Assembly (NCBI GenBank): GCA_963833985.1
Contig: CAWIAD010000002.1
Location: 4,416,001 to 4,480,000 of the forward strand
Length of the DNA: 64,000 bases
Source: an uncultured Planctomycetaceae bacterium
GTDB taxonomy: Bacteria > Planctomycetota > Planctomycetia > Isosphaerales > Isosphaeraceae
Direction: 5' to 3'
Below, in pieces: positions 21,122-30,354 of this stretch (positions within the stretch are counted from its first letter, which is position 1; every line of letters begins with the position of its first letter). The translations under genes and the position numbers were made by a program. The notes below the pieces were generated by a model that saw only the letters and a list, made by a program, of their open reading frames with translations, had not been told where the DNA came from and did not search any database.

Positions 21122-23283
21122 ATGACAGACGCCCCATCACTGAAGCTGAAGATCACCGAGGCACTTCCCAAGGACCTGGGCCGCGGACTGGCGCGGCTTG
21201 ACCCCGCCGACATGGCCCGCCTGGGACTGGACGTCGGCGACGTTGTCGAGCTCACCGGCAAGCGCACCACGGTTGCGCGGGCGATGCCCGCTTACAAGGA
21301 ACTGCGGGAGCAAGCGCGGATCCAGATTGACGGCGTGACCCGGGAAAACGCCGGCTCGGCCGTCGATCAGCCGATCGACGTGCGCAAGGCGGCCGTCCGC
21401 CAGGCCGAGCGCGTGGTGCTCACACCGCTGGGCTATACGCCGGCCGACCGCGACCTGGATTACATCGGCAGTCTCTTCGACGGCCTGCCTGTCCTTGCCG
21501 ACGATCGGGTGCGGGCCACACTCTTCGGCAATCGATCGGCCGACTTCAAGGTTGCCGGCACCACCCCCGCCGGTCCTGTGGTCATCCGGGCCCGGACCGT
21601 GCTCGAAATCGCCCGGTCCTCGGCCAATCGCGGCAAGACTCCGGCCGCGGAGGCCGAGAAAGCGCAGCCCATCTCCTACGAGGACATCGGCGGCTTGAAG
21701 CGAGAGCTGCACCGTATCCGCGAGATCGTCGAGCTGCCCCTGCGCTATCCGGAGGTCTTCGAGCGCCTGGGAATCGACCCTCCCAAGGGCGTGCTGCTGC
21801 ACGGACCGCCCGGCTGCGGCAAGACGCTCATCGCCCGCGCCGTGGCGCATGAGACCGACGCCCACTTCTACGCGGTCAACGGCCCTGAAATCGTTCACAA
21901 GTTCTACGGGGAGAGTGAGGCCCATCTCCGCAAGATCTTCGAGGAAGCCGCACGGAATGCGCCGAGCATCATCTTCCTCGACGAGATTGACGCCATCGCT
22001 CCGCAGCGAGAGAAGGTGGTCGGCGATGTTGAAAAGCGAGTCGTCGCCCAGCTCCTGGCGCTCATGGACGGGCTGGCGAAACGGCAGAACGTGATCGTCA
22101 TCGCGGCCACCAATCTGCCCAACGCGCTCGACCCGCGCTGCGCAGACCGGGCCGCTTCGATCGCGAGATCGCCATCTCCATCCCCGATCGCGACGGCCGC
22201 GCGGAGATCCTCGAGATCCACAGTCGGGGCATGCCGCTGGCCGCCGACGTCGCCCTGCCTCACCTGGCGAACATCACGCACGGCTTCGTCGGCGCGGACC
22301 TGATGGCCCTCTGCCGCGAGGCCGCGATGATCTGTCTGCGGCGACTGCTGCCGGAGATTGATTTCGCCTCCAGGAACATCCCCTACGAGCGGCTCCGTGC
22401 GCTCGAAGTCACCATGAGCGACTTCCAGGGGGCCCTCCACGAGGTCGAGCCGTCCGCCATCCGCGAGGTCTTCGTCGAGATTCCCAACGTCACCTGGGAC
22501 AAGGTCGGCGGCCTGGACGAGGTCAAGCGGCAACTGATCGAAGCCGTCGAGTGGCCGCTCAAGCACCCCGGCATCTTTGCCCGGGCGGGTGTGAAACCGC
22601 CACGAGGAATCCTCCTCTCCGGCTCCCCCGGCTGCGGCAAGACCATGCTGGCCAAGGCCGTGGCCAGCCAGACAGAAGTGAATTTCATTCCGGTGAAGGG
22701 GCCGGCCCTGCTCTCCAAGTACGTGGGTGAGTCCGAACGCGGCGTGCGCGATGTCTTCCGTAAGGCGAAGCAGGCTGCACCCTGCATCATCTTCTTCGAC
22801 GAGATCGACGCCCTGGTGCCCAGCCGCGGGGGAGGGACGAGCGATTCCCACGTGACGGAGCGCGTCATCAGCCAGTTCCTGGCGGAGATGGACGGCGTGG
22901 AAGACCTCAACGGCGTGCTCGTGCTGGGCGCCACCAACCGACCGGATATCCTTGACCCGGCCCTGCTCCGCCCGGGACGGTTCGACATCCAGATCGCCAT
23001 CCCATTGCCGGACCGCACCGGCCGCCGAGAGATCTTCGCGATCGGCCTGCGCGGCAAACCACTCGCGGAGAAGGTGAACATCGAAGCCCTTGCTGAAGCC
23101 GCCGAAGGCTTCAGCGGCGCCGAGATCCGGGCCGTCTGCACACGCGCGGCCTGGGCCGCCATCCGAGAGGCCGTGGCCCGGGCGGACGGGAACGAGCAGG
23201 ACGCCAGCGGCCTGTTGATCCGGCAGGACCACCTCGACAACGCGTTCCAGGAGGTTTTGTCCGCACCCCACCGCGCGTACTGA
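21122..23283 (+). CDS. CDC48/VCP(p97)-type double AAA ATPase, one-base frameshift ~22135
   Basis: N-domain ([10 protein letters not shown]), GPPGCGKT and GSPGCGKT Walker [24 protein letters not shown] in D2; adding one G restores [11 protein letters not shown] in D1. Confidence 0.9.
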
Positions 23284-23340
23284 GCAGGCTTGAAGTATCT
23301 CGGCCGCCAATCACATCACCAGAACGTGGAGCCAGGCACC

Positions 23341-24134
23341 ATGCACGGAACGGGCGTCTATCTCTACGGATTTGGCAGGGCCGAGCTCATAGCCGCGTTC
23401 ACGTGCACCGGCCACGAGGAGATCGGGCCGGCGCACGTGTGGGACATGGACGGGATCGCGGCCGTGGTCAGCCCGGTCGCTCCTGAAGTAATCGCCGCGG
23501 GGCTCGCCGCGGACCCTCCCGATCCCAGCTGGATCGTTCCTCGAAGTGCTGCGCCACGAACAGGTGCTCCAGAGCTTGATCGAGCTCGGCCCTGTGCTGC
23601 CCGCCCGTTTCGGCTCGGTGTTCACCGCCCGGCAGTCACTCGAGGCGGTCGTCCGGGAGCATCGGCCGCAGATCACACGCTTCCTTGATGAGACGGCGAA
23701 CACGCAGGAGTGGGACGTTCAGGCCTCGCTCGATGAAACGCGTGCCGTCGAGTCGCTGCTGCGCCGACCCCGCTCTGGCAGGGCGTTTCGCCAGGCTGCC
23801 CGCGGCGCCCGGCGCGCGCTATTTCCTGGAAAAGAAGCTCCGCGAGGAGGCTCTGTGCAGGGCGCAACAGGCTGGGAAAGCGGCAGCTCAACGATTCGTC
23901 GCCGCACTGCGCGAAAGCGGAGTGGGCGTGCAGGTGCTGAAGCCGCGTGCGGCCAACCCGGGACGATCGCCCCTGTTCCTCAAGCTGGCTCTGCTGGTCG
24001 GCCGTGGCAAGGTGATCGGGCTGCTGGGCGAGGCAGAGCGTAGCGCGGCAGCGTCAGACCTTCTCATGATCGAGCCCACGGGCCCCCTGCCCCCTTATCA
24101 CTTCTGCCCGACGCTGGGCGCACCGGCCGCCTGA
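23341..24134 (+). CDS. gvpL: GvpL/GvpF-family gas vesicle protein, frameshifts ~23545 and ~23760
   Basis: VYLYGF, HEQVL, VLPARFGSVF, C-terminal TGPLPPYHF spread over three frames. Confidence 0.75.
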
Positions 24135-24472
24135 AGCGGCACATGACCCTTCTGTACAAGGGTTGCATCAACCGGCCGCATTCGTGCCGTGGCACGCCGG
24201 GCCGTCGGGCCTCATCTCCGCGTGATGCACCTCCAGGTGAGAGGCTTGCGGCTGCCTGCCTCCAGTATCAAGCGACACAGCGGGCGGGCAGCTTGCCCGG
24301 CCATTCCACGCTTCGTGCACCAGCATGTCTTACATGATTGCCGATGCGATTGTAACTTGATTCTCTAGTAATCCTGACGATCCCGCTATCTTATACGCTT
24401 TGATATGCCTTTTACTAAGTATGTTAGCTCACACCAATGTTCATGCCGAACGACCCGAGATGCTCGACAGGA

Positions 24473-24487
24473 TAAGGGAATTCCTGA
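24473..24487. promoter_or_regulatory. Candidate operator TAAGGGAATTCCTGA upstream of gvpA (copy 3)
   Basis: Same core as 18326 and 19721, in the AT-rich gvpA promoter region. Confidence 0.5.
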
Positions 24488-24610
24488 GTGCGGTCGTGTG
24501 CGAGGGGAGCATGTTCTACGGTACGAGAAGAGTGAGGCAATGATGCTTCACCTGGTCACCTTGATGGAAGGGTGATCGCTTTCAGATCTTTCAACTTGGA
24601 GAGGTGTGCG

Positions 24611-24829
24611 ATGGCGAAAGTGATGAAGTCGACGGATAGCTCCAGTTTGGCCGAGGTCGTTGATCGGATCCTGGACAAGGGCATCGTGATCGACGCATGG
24701 GCCAAGGTCTCCCTGGTCGGCATCGAGCTGCTCTCGGTCGAAGCCCGCGTCGTGATCGCGTCGGTGGAGACCTACCTGAAGTACGCCGAGGCGATCGGCC
24801 TGACCGCGACCGCCGCCAGCCCCGCCTGA
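24611..24829 (+). CDS. gvpA: Major gas vesicle shell protein GvpA
   Basis: [55 protein letters not shown]. Confidence 0.97.
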   Translation: MAKVMKSTDSSSLAEVVDRILDKGIVIDAWAKVSLVGIELLSVEARVVIASVETYLKYAEAIGLTATAASPA

Positions 24830-24901
24830 CGCAAGGAAGGCAGCCCCTCAGGGAAGAGCTTGCCCCTGGTCGTTCCGACCTGTCTCCACCAGGTCAAGCC
24901 G

Positions 24902-24942
24902 CCGGGAGGTCCGGCCTCGGCCGGTCTCCCGGTCTTCTTCTT
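24902..24942 (+). terminator. Stem-loop or leaky terminator after gvpA
   Basis: CCGGGAGGTCCGGC-CTCG-GCCGGTCTCCCGG followed by TCTTCTTCTT. Confidence 0.6.
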
Positions 24943-24987
24943 ATACGGACGGTTGCGACCGGGGCACACCCGTCTCTCTACAGGAGC

Positions 24988-25419
24988 ATGAACATGCCCG
25001 TGTTTGCGAATCGGATGAGAGATTTCACGGATCAGCTCAAGGCGTCGATCGAGCATCGCTCGGAGGCGCTCGATGTGGTCCACGAGGCAACCCGGCACCT
25101 GCTCGGCGACGCTCAGAAGTTCATGGGCGAAGTCGCCCGGGAGCACGAGTCCAGGGCCGACCAGCTGCAAGAGATGCTCTGCGCCTTTCGCGGCGATCTT
25201 GCCGATCGCGTCGAGACGATGAGGCAGCAGCATCGCACCAGCCGCCACGAGATGCGGACCGATCTGCGGAACCGGCTGGACGCCGTTCAGGCGGCCCGCC
25301 ACCAGGACGTGCAACAAATGCGGCAGAAGTTCCACGAGGCGCGGCAGGAAGTCGCCGAGGACATCCGCGCCGCCGCGAACCTCTGGCGCGAATTCACGCT
25401 GGGCCGAGAAGGCGCCTAG
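24988..25419 (+). CDS. gvpC: GvpC-like helical shell-reinforcing protein
   Basis: Between gvpA and gvpN; AGGAG RBS; amphipathic helix with 33-residue periodicity. Confidence 0.65.
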   Translation: MNMPVFANRMRDFTDQLKASIEHRSEALDVVHEATRHLLGDAQKFMGEVAREHESRADQLQEMLCAFRGDLADRVETMRQQHRTSRHEMRTDLRNRLDAVQAARHQDVQQMRQKFHEARQEVAEDIRAAANLWREFTLGREGA

Positions 25420-25657
25420 CCGCCAGGCCTGGCCTGACCGCGGCCCAGAGCCGTGGATCGCCAACCCGATCATCGACCAGGGAGACCCGAGCGGGCACCG
25501 TTCGGAACTTCCGAGGCAACTTCCTCGGCTCTCATGGTTCCGGACCGAGCTCGGAGCAGCGGACGCGAGAATCACCTGGCGGCTGCCGTGTTCCGGCCGG
25601 TCCGGGGAATGTGACTGGAACACAAGGCGTATCGCTTCATACTGGAGGCCGACCATC

Positions 25658-26701
25658 GTGACCGCCGAAGACCTCAGCCTGCTCAGTCTCAAGCAAAAGC
25701 CCGACTTCGTCGAGACTCCCGCCGTGCGGAGCCTGACCGACCGGGCGTTCTCTTACCTGTGCGCGGGTTACCCGATTCACTTCAGCGGCCCCGCCGGCAC
25801 CGGCAAGACTACGCTGGCGATGCACGTGGCCGCCCAGCTCGGCCGGCCCGTTGCCCTCATCCACGGCGATGACGAGTACGGCTCGTCCGACCTCGTCGGC
25901 GGACAGCTCGGCTACCGCTCCACACGCGTCGTGGACAACTTCATCCACTCGGTGATGAAAACCGAGGAGTCCGTGGCCAAGACCTGGGTCGACCACCGAC
26001 TGACCAACGCATGCAAGTATGGCTTCACGGTGATCTACGACGAGTTCAACCGCTCGCGTCCCGAAGCAAACAACGTTCTCCTGGCCATCCTGGAGGAGCG
26101 CCTGCTGGAAATGCCCTCCGCGCGAGTCAACGAAGGCTACATTGCCGTTCACCCCAACTTCCGGGCCATCTTCACCAGCAACCCCGAGGAATACGCGGGC
26201 GTGCACAAGACGCAGGACGCGCTTCTGGACCGGATGATCACGATCACCGTCGGTCCTTACGACCGCCAGACCGAAATCGAGATCACGGCGGCTAAGTCGG
26301 GGCTGGACCACGTGGACGCGGAGTGCATCGTCGATGTCGTCCGCGAATTCCGCAGCCTGGGCATGCACCAGCTGCCGCCCACCGTCAGGGCCAGCATCAT
26401 GATCGCCAAGGTTGCAGCCCAGCGCGGTGCACTGGTGCGGAGCCAGGATCTGATCTTTCGCGAGACCTGCCGCGATGTGCTTCGGATCGACGCGATCAAG
26501 GTCCTCCGCGACGGCGTACCGGCCGCATCGACCTTGCTGGACGAGACCCTCGAGCGCCACTGTTCGGGCCATTCAGCTCCGGCGGCGTGCCGGCCAGTCC
26601 TGGCGCACGGCAATGGGGCGAACCGTTTGATCGGCAGTAAACCGACGAGCTTGCGGGCCGAGGGCGGCCCCGGCTCGGAACACGCGATTCCCCTCAACTG
26701 A
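25658..26701 (+). CDS. gvpN: Gas vesicle AAA+ ATPase GvpN
   Basis: GPAGTGKT, VVDNFIHSV, YDEFNRSRPEANN, TSNPEEYAGVHKTQDALLDR. Confidence 0.95.
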   Translation: MTAEDLSLLSLKQKPDFVETPAVRSLTDRAFSYLCAGYPIHFSGPAGTGKTTLAMHVAAQLGRPVALIHGDDEYGSSDLVGGQLGYRSTRVVDNFIHSVMKTEESVAKTWVDHRLTNACKYGFTVIYDEFNRSRPEANNVLLAILEERLLEMPSARVNEGYIAVHPNFRAIFTSNPEEYAGVHKTQDALLDRMITITVGPYDRQTEIEITAAKSGLDHVDAECIVDVVREFRSLGMHQLPPTVRASIMIAKVAAQRGALVRSQDLIFRETCRDVLRIDAIKVLRDGVPAASTLLDETLERHCSGHSAPAACRPVLAHGNGANRLIGSKPTSLRAEGGPGSEHAIPLN

Positions 26702-26722
26702 GCCGGAGGCGATCGACCACCC

Positions 26723-27091
26723 ATGCCATTCGAGCGCAAGAGTATTCAAGGGATCCGGACGATGGCCGCGCTGGTAGACCAGCGCAAGACACGAACCCCC
26801 GCTGGTGCCCTGATCGAGCTCTCGGCGCTGGCCAACGAGAGACTGCTCCTGGATCGCGAGGTCGCCCGGGCCACGCGCAGGGGCATCGAGATCGAGCGCA
26901 GGCTCAAGGAAATTGCCGCCAAGGAAGACCGCCTCATGAAGCTGGTCCATTCGCCGACGCCTCACGAGCTGCCGGCTCCTGAGAGCCGGTCGTTCACCGA
27001 CGAGACTGCGTCCCCGAGCATGCCTGCTCCCCGGACGCTTCCGGTATCGACCGAGAGCAGTCGATTCAAGCTGAGTGAGTTCACGTACTAG
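26723..27091 (+). CDS. Coiled-coil gas vesicle accessory protein (GvpV-like by position)
   Basis: Between gvpN and gvpF; central coiled coil; C-terminal FKLSEFTY. Confidence 0.6.
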   Translation: MPFERKSIQGIRTMAALVDQRKTRTPAGALIELSALANERLLLDREVARATRRGIEIERRLKEIAAKEDRLMKLVHSPTPHELPAPESRSFTDETASPSMPAPRTLPVSTESSRFKLSEFTY

Positions 27092-27114
27092 CGCAGCGAC
27101 AAGAGGAAGGAATC

Positions 27115-27897
27115 ATGACCCAGCTCGCAACGCCCCAACCGATCCAGGCCACCGCCCGGGGACGCTATCTCTACGCCGTGGTCGATGGCTCGCCCGACGG
27201 CAGTATCTATGATTTCCAGGGTCTCGACGGCGCCCCCGTCTACACCATCGGCGACGCCACCCTCGCGGCGATCGTCAGCGACCTGCCCAACCAGAAGATC
27301 CGCCCCGAACGCCGCCGCCTGGCGGCGCACCATGCCGTGCTGCGATCGCTGATGGGCGGCCATACCGTCTTGCCCATGGCCTTCGGCGTGGTCGCCGACG
27401 GGCCCGAGGCCGTGCGGCGGATCCTCAGGGTCCATCAGGACGCGTTCATCGAACAGCTCGAACGCGTCCGCGGCCGCGTGGAGATGGGCCTGCGCGTGGC
27501 ATGGGACGTGGCGAACATCTTCGAGTACGTCCTGGGCCTCCATGACGACCTGCGGACGTTGCGCGACTTCGTCTTTCGGGGCGGGCGCACGCCCTCGCAG
27601 GACGACAAGATCGAGCTCGGCCGCGCTTTCGACCGTCTGCTCTCGGCCGATCGCGAGGAGCATCTGGCCCATCTGACGACCGCGCTTCAACCTCACTCCC
27701 TGGAGATCCAGTCCAATCCGCCCCGGTCGGAGCGCGAGGTGCTGAACCTGGCGTGTCTGGTCGATCAGGACGAGCTTCCCGCCTTCGAGCACGCGGTGAT
27801 GCAGGCGGCCCGGCGCTTCGACAACAACTTCACCTTCGACCTCACCGGCCCCTGGCCGCCCCATAACTTCGTCGAGCTCGCACTCGCGCTCTCCTGA
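27115..27897 (+). CDS. gvpF: GvpF/GvpL-family protein
   Basis: GRYLYAV, TVLPMAFG, TGPWPPHNFV. Confidence 0.92.
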   Translation: MTQLATPQPIQATARGRYLYAVVDGSPDGSIYDFQGLDGAPVYTIGDATLAAIVSDLPNQKIRPERRRLAAHHAVLRSLMGGHTVLPMAFGVVADGPEAVRRILRVHQDAFIEQLERVRGRVEMGLRVAWDVANIFEYVLGLHDDLRTLRDFVFRGGRTPSQDDKIELGRAFDRLLSADREEHLAHLTTALQPHSLEIQSNPPRSEREVLNLACLVDQDELPAFEHAVMQAARRFDNNFTFDLTGPWPPHNFVELALALS

Positions 27898-27918
27898 TCG
27901 ACCCTGGAGCCTGATCCC

Positions 27919-28309
27919 ATGATGGGCGTCGATGACATCCTGGCCTTCCCGCTGAAATCACTCCTGATGATCTTCCGCGAGATCCACAAGGCCGCGATCC
28001 AGGAACAGGAGCAGGAAGGCGAACAGATCCGTCTGGAACTCGGCCAGCTCTATCTCCGCCTGGAAGCCGGTGAGCTCAGCGAGGCCGAGTTCGACGCCCG
28101 TGAAAGCGCAGCTCCTGGACCGGCTGGACGAGCTCGAGGCCGAGTCTGCCGAAGACAGCGACGCGCCGCAGGTTGACGACGACGACGAGCTGACCGACGA
28201 CGAGCTGACCGACGACGAGCTGACCGACGACGAGCTGACCGACGACGGTGACTCCGGTCTTGGCACCCAGTTCTGGAACCCCATGGAACCCCAAGGAACC
28301 ACCCCATGA
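27919..28309 (+). CDS. gvpG: GvpG with acidic tail, frameshift ~28103
   Basis: DDILAFPLKSL...LEAGELSEAEFDARE, continuing AQLLDRLDELE in another frame (extra A in GAAAGCG). Confidence 0.82.
28181..28247 (+). repeat. 15-bp tandem repeat GACGACGAGCTGACC x4 plus partial (DDELT)
   Basis: Four perfect copies 28181-28240. Confidence 0.95.
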
Positions 28310-28726
28310 ATGCCGCCGACATGTTGAATCAAACCGTAGCGGGCACCCCGGCCGGCCGGCCGGCCGCCGGCCTCCACGAGCTGGACGAGCTGGACACAAA
28401 CGCTGACGACCTGCCGACACGGCTGCCTCCGATGCCGGTCATGCCGCCGCTGGAGCGGCGCGGCGACCCAGCCCACGAGGAGGCGCTGACGCCGCACCGC
28501 AAGCATGTCCTGGATCATCTCATCGCCATGGCCGACAGCTACGCCCGGAGCGGCTCGCTACGGCAGGCGATCGAGACTCTATTTCACGTTGCTGGTGGAG
28601 CACGACGGTACGGAGCAGGCGGCCCGGGCCTGTGAGCGGCTCATGGACGTTGCCCAGCACTACGAGGACCAGGGCGAGCTGCGCCTGGCTCGGGGCATCC
28701 TCGAGCGCATCCTGAAAGTGAGTTGA
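28306..28726 (+). CDS. TPR-like helical gas-vesicle-cluster protein, frameshift ~28578
   Basis: LIAMADSYARSGSLRQAIE then LYFTLL...LMDVAQHYEDQGELRLARGILERIL; start overlaps the gvpG stop (ATGA). Confidence 0.6.
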
Positions 28727-28729
28727 CCG

Positions 28730-28960
28730 ATGGCTGCCGCGATCCAACCCGCAACGGAGCTTCTGCCCGATTCCACGCTGGAGCCCGAACGCAGCATCAC
28801 CCTCTGCGAGACCCTCGATCGACTGCTGAATACGGGTGTTGTGCTCGCCGGCGAGATCGTCATCTCGGTCGCGGACATCGATCTGGTGTACCTCAACGTG
28901 CAGTTGCTCCTGGCGTCCATCGAGACCGCACGCAAGGGCGGGCGCAAACTACAGTCCTGA
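28730..28960 (+). CDS. GvpA/J/S-family minor shell protein
   Basis: TLCETLDRLLNTGVVLAGEIVISVADIDLVYL. Confidence 0.88.
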   Translation: MAAAIQPATELLPDSTLEPERSITLCETLDRLLNTGVVLAGEIVISVADIDLVYLNVQLLLASIETARKGGRKLQS

Positions 28961-28979
28961 ATGCACGAGGTGCCTTGCC

Positions 28980-29324
28980 ATGCAATCCGTCGCCAACATG
29001 GAATCATCCCGCGTTCGATGCGATCCCGTCGCCGAGATCCTCGCCAGTCCTCCGCTCTCCGATCTGCGCGTGGCAATCCGGCCCGACGACGTGCGCAACG
29101 GCCTGGGCAAGCTGGTGCTGGTCATCGTGGAGCTGGTTCGCCAGCTCCTCGAAAAGCAAGCCGTCCGGCGGGTCGAGGCCGGCTCGCTCTCCGACGACGA
29201 GATCGAGAGACTTGGCCTGACCTTCCTCCAGCTCGGCGAGCAGGTGACACGCCTGCGCGAGTACTTCGGTCTTGAAGAAAGCGACCTCAACCTTGACCTG
29301 GGGCCGCTGGGAAAACTCCTTTGA
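28980..29324 (+). CDS. gvpK: Gas vesicle protein GvpK
   Basis: GLGKLVLVIVELVRQLLEKQAVRR...DLNLDLGPLGKLL. Confidence 0.93.
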   Translation: MQSVANMESSRVRCDPVAEILASPPLSDLRVAIRPDDVRNGLGKLVLVIVELVRQLLEKQAVRRVEAGSLSDDEIERLGLTFLQLGEQVTRLREYFGLEESDLNLDLGPLGKLL

Positions 29325-29345
29325 CCCGATGATCAGGAGATCGTC

Positions 29346-29708
29346 ATGTCGATTCTGACAAACAAACCCAGAGTGGATCGTGCGCAAGAACCCATCACGT
29401 GTGCATTCTGCCAGGGGCACGGAACTGACCCGTTCAGCGTGATGTCGTCGCGCTCGGTCTGCGGCGCCTGCCAGGGAACCGGACGTGTCATGGTGCCGGT
29501 GCCGCATGTCACCTGTGCTTACTGCGCGGGGAGCGGCAGCTACAAGACCTACCGCTGCATGGTCTGTAGTGGGACCGGTGTTGTCGCCGAGCTGGAAGGT
29601 CCGACCCTGGTCTGCCCCGAATGCGCGGGCCGCGCCGCTGACGGCTCGAGCGGACTTCCCTGTCTTCACTGCCACGGCCGGGGCGTTGTGCCGGCCAGCC
29701 GGAGATGA
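29346..29708 (+). CDS. Stand-alone DnaJ-type zinc-finger protein
   Basis: Six CxxCxGxG-type motifs and no J domain; AGGAG RBS. Confidence 0.85.
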   Translation: MSILTNKPRVDRAQEPITCAFCQGHGTDPFSVMSSRSVCGACQGTGRVMVPVPHVTCAYCAGSGSYKTYRCMVCSGTGVVAELEGPTLVCPECAGRAADGSSGLPCLHCHGRGVVPASRR

Positions 29709-29973
29709 CTCCCATGACGACCACCATCAAGACATCGCGAGACATTGCCACGTCGCTGCGCGGCTCGGCTTTCCGCCGGCTCTGCGCGGACGGCCGCACA
29801 TGGTTCCTCCGGGCCATCCCCACCTGGACGCGGGGCCCCAGGAAAGCCGCAAGACAATGCGGGCCACACGCAATATCGTGACTTCCCCACGGCTCTGATG
29901 ATCACCGAGCCGGCCCGGCACAGGCGTGGAGCGTGGCCGCGGCCGTCTCAGATTCGGCCCCCCGATTTCCATC

Positions 29974-30330
29974 ATGTCCATCGATGTGAAGCGCACCGCC
30001 AACCATTCGATCCAGTCATCGACCCTGGCCGACGTGCTCGAGCGGGTGCTCGACAAGGGACTGGTCATCGCCGGAGACATCAAGATCAAGCTCGTCGACA
30101 TCGAGCTCCTGACCATCCAGATCCGCCTGGTGGTCTGTTCGGTCGACAAGGCCCTGGAAATGGGTATGGACTGGTGGACGTCGAACTCGGCGTTTCAGTC
30201 CCAACCGGGCGCCGCGCAGGCGGGCGAGCTCGCCCAGCTTCGCGATCGCCTTGCCAGGCTCGAGGGTCAGCTCAACCCGCAGCACGCCTTGCCCGAACCC
30301 GCGGCCTCCGCTGTCCCCGCCTGCTCATGA
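29974..30330 (+). CDS. gvpJ: GvpJ (GvpA family)
   Basis: STLADVLERVLDKGLVIAGDIKIKLVDIELLTIQIRLVVCSVDKALEMGMDWW. Confidence 0.88.
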   Translation: MSIDVKRTANHSIQSSTLADVLERVLDKGLVIAGDIKIKLVDIELLTIQIRLVVCSVDKALEMGMDWWTSNSAFQSQPGAAQAGELAQLRDRLARLEGQLNPQHALPEPAASAVPACS

Positions 30331-30354
30331 GACAACGGCACGCGCTGAGGGCAC

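Noticed and set aside
24190..24206. Sigma-54 promoter upstream of gvpA (TGGCACG)
   Set aside because: The -12 TTGC element is missing at the required spacing.
24143..24337. 64-aa ORF between gvpL and gvpA
   Set aside because: No recognisable motif or clear RBS; it lies in the likely gvpA regulatory region.
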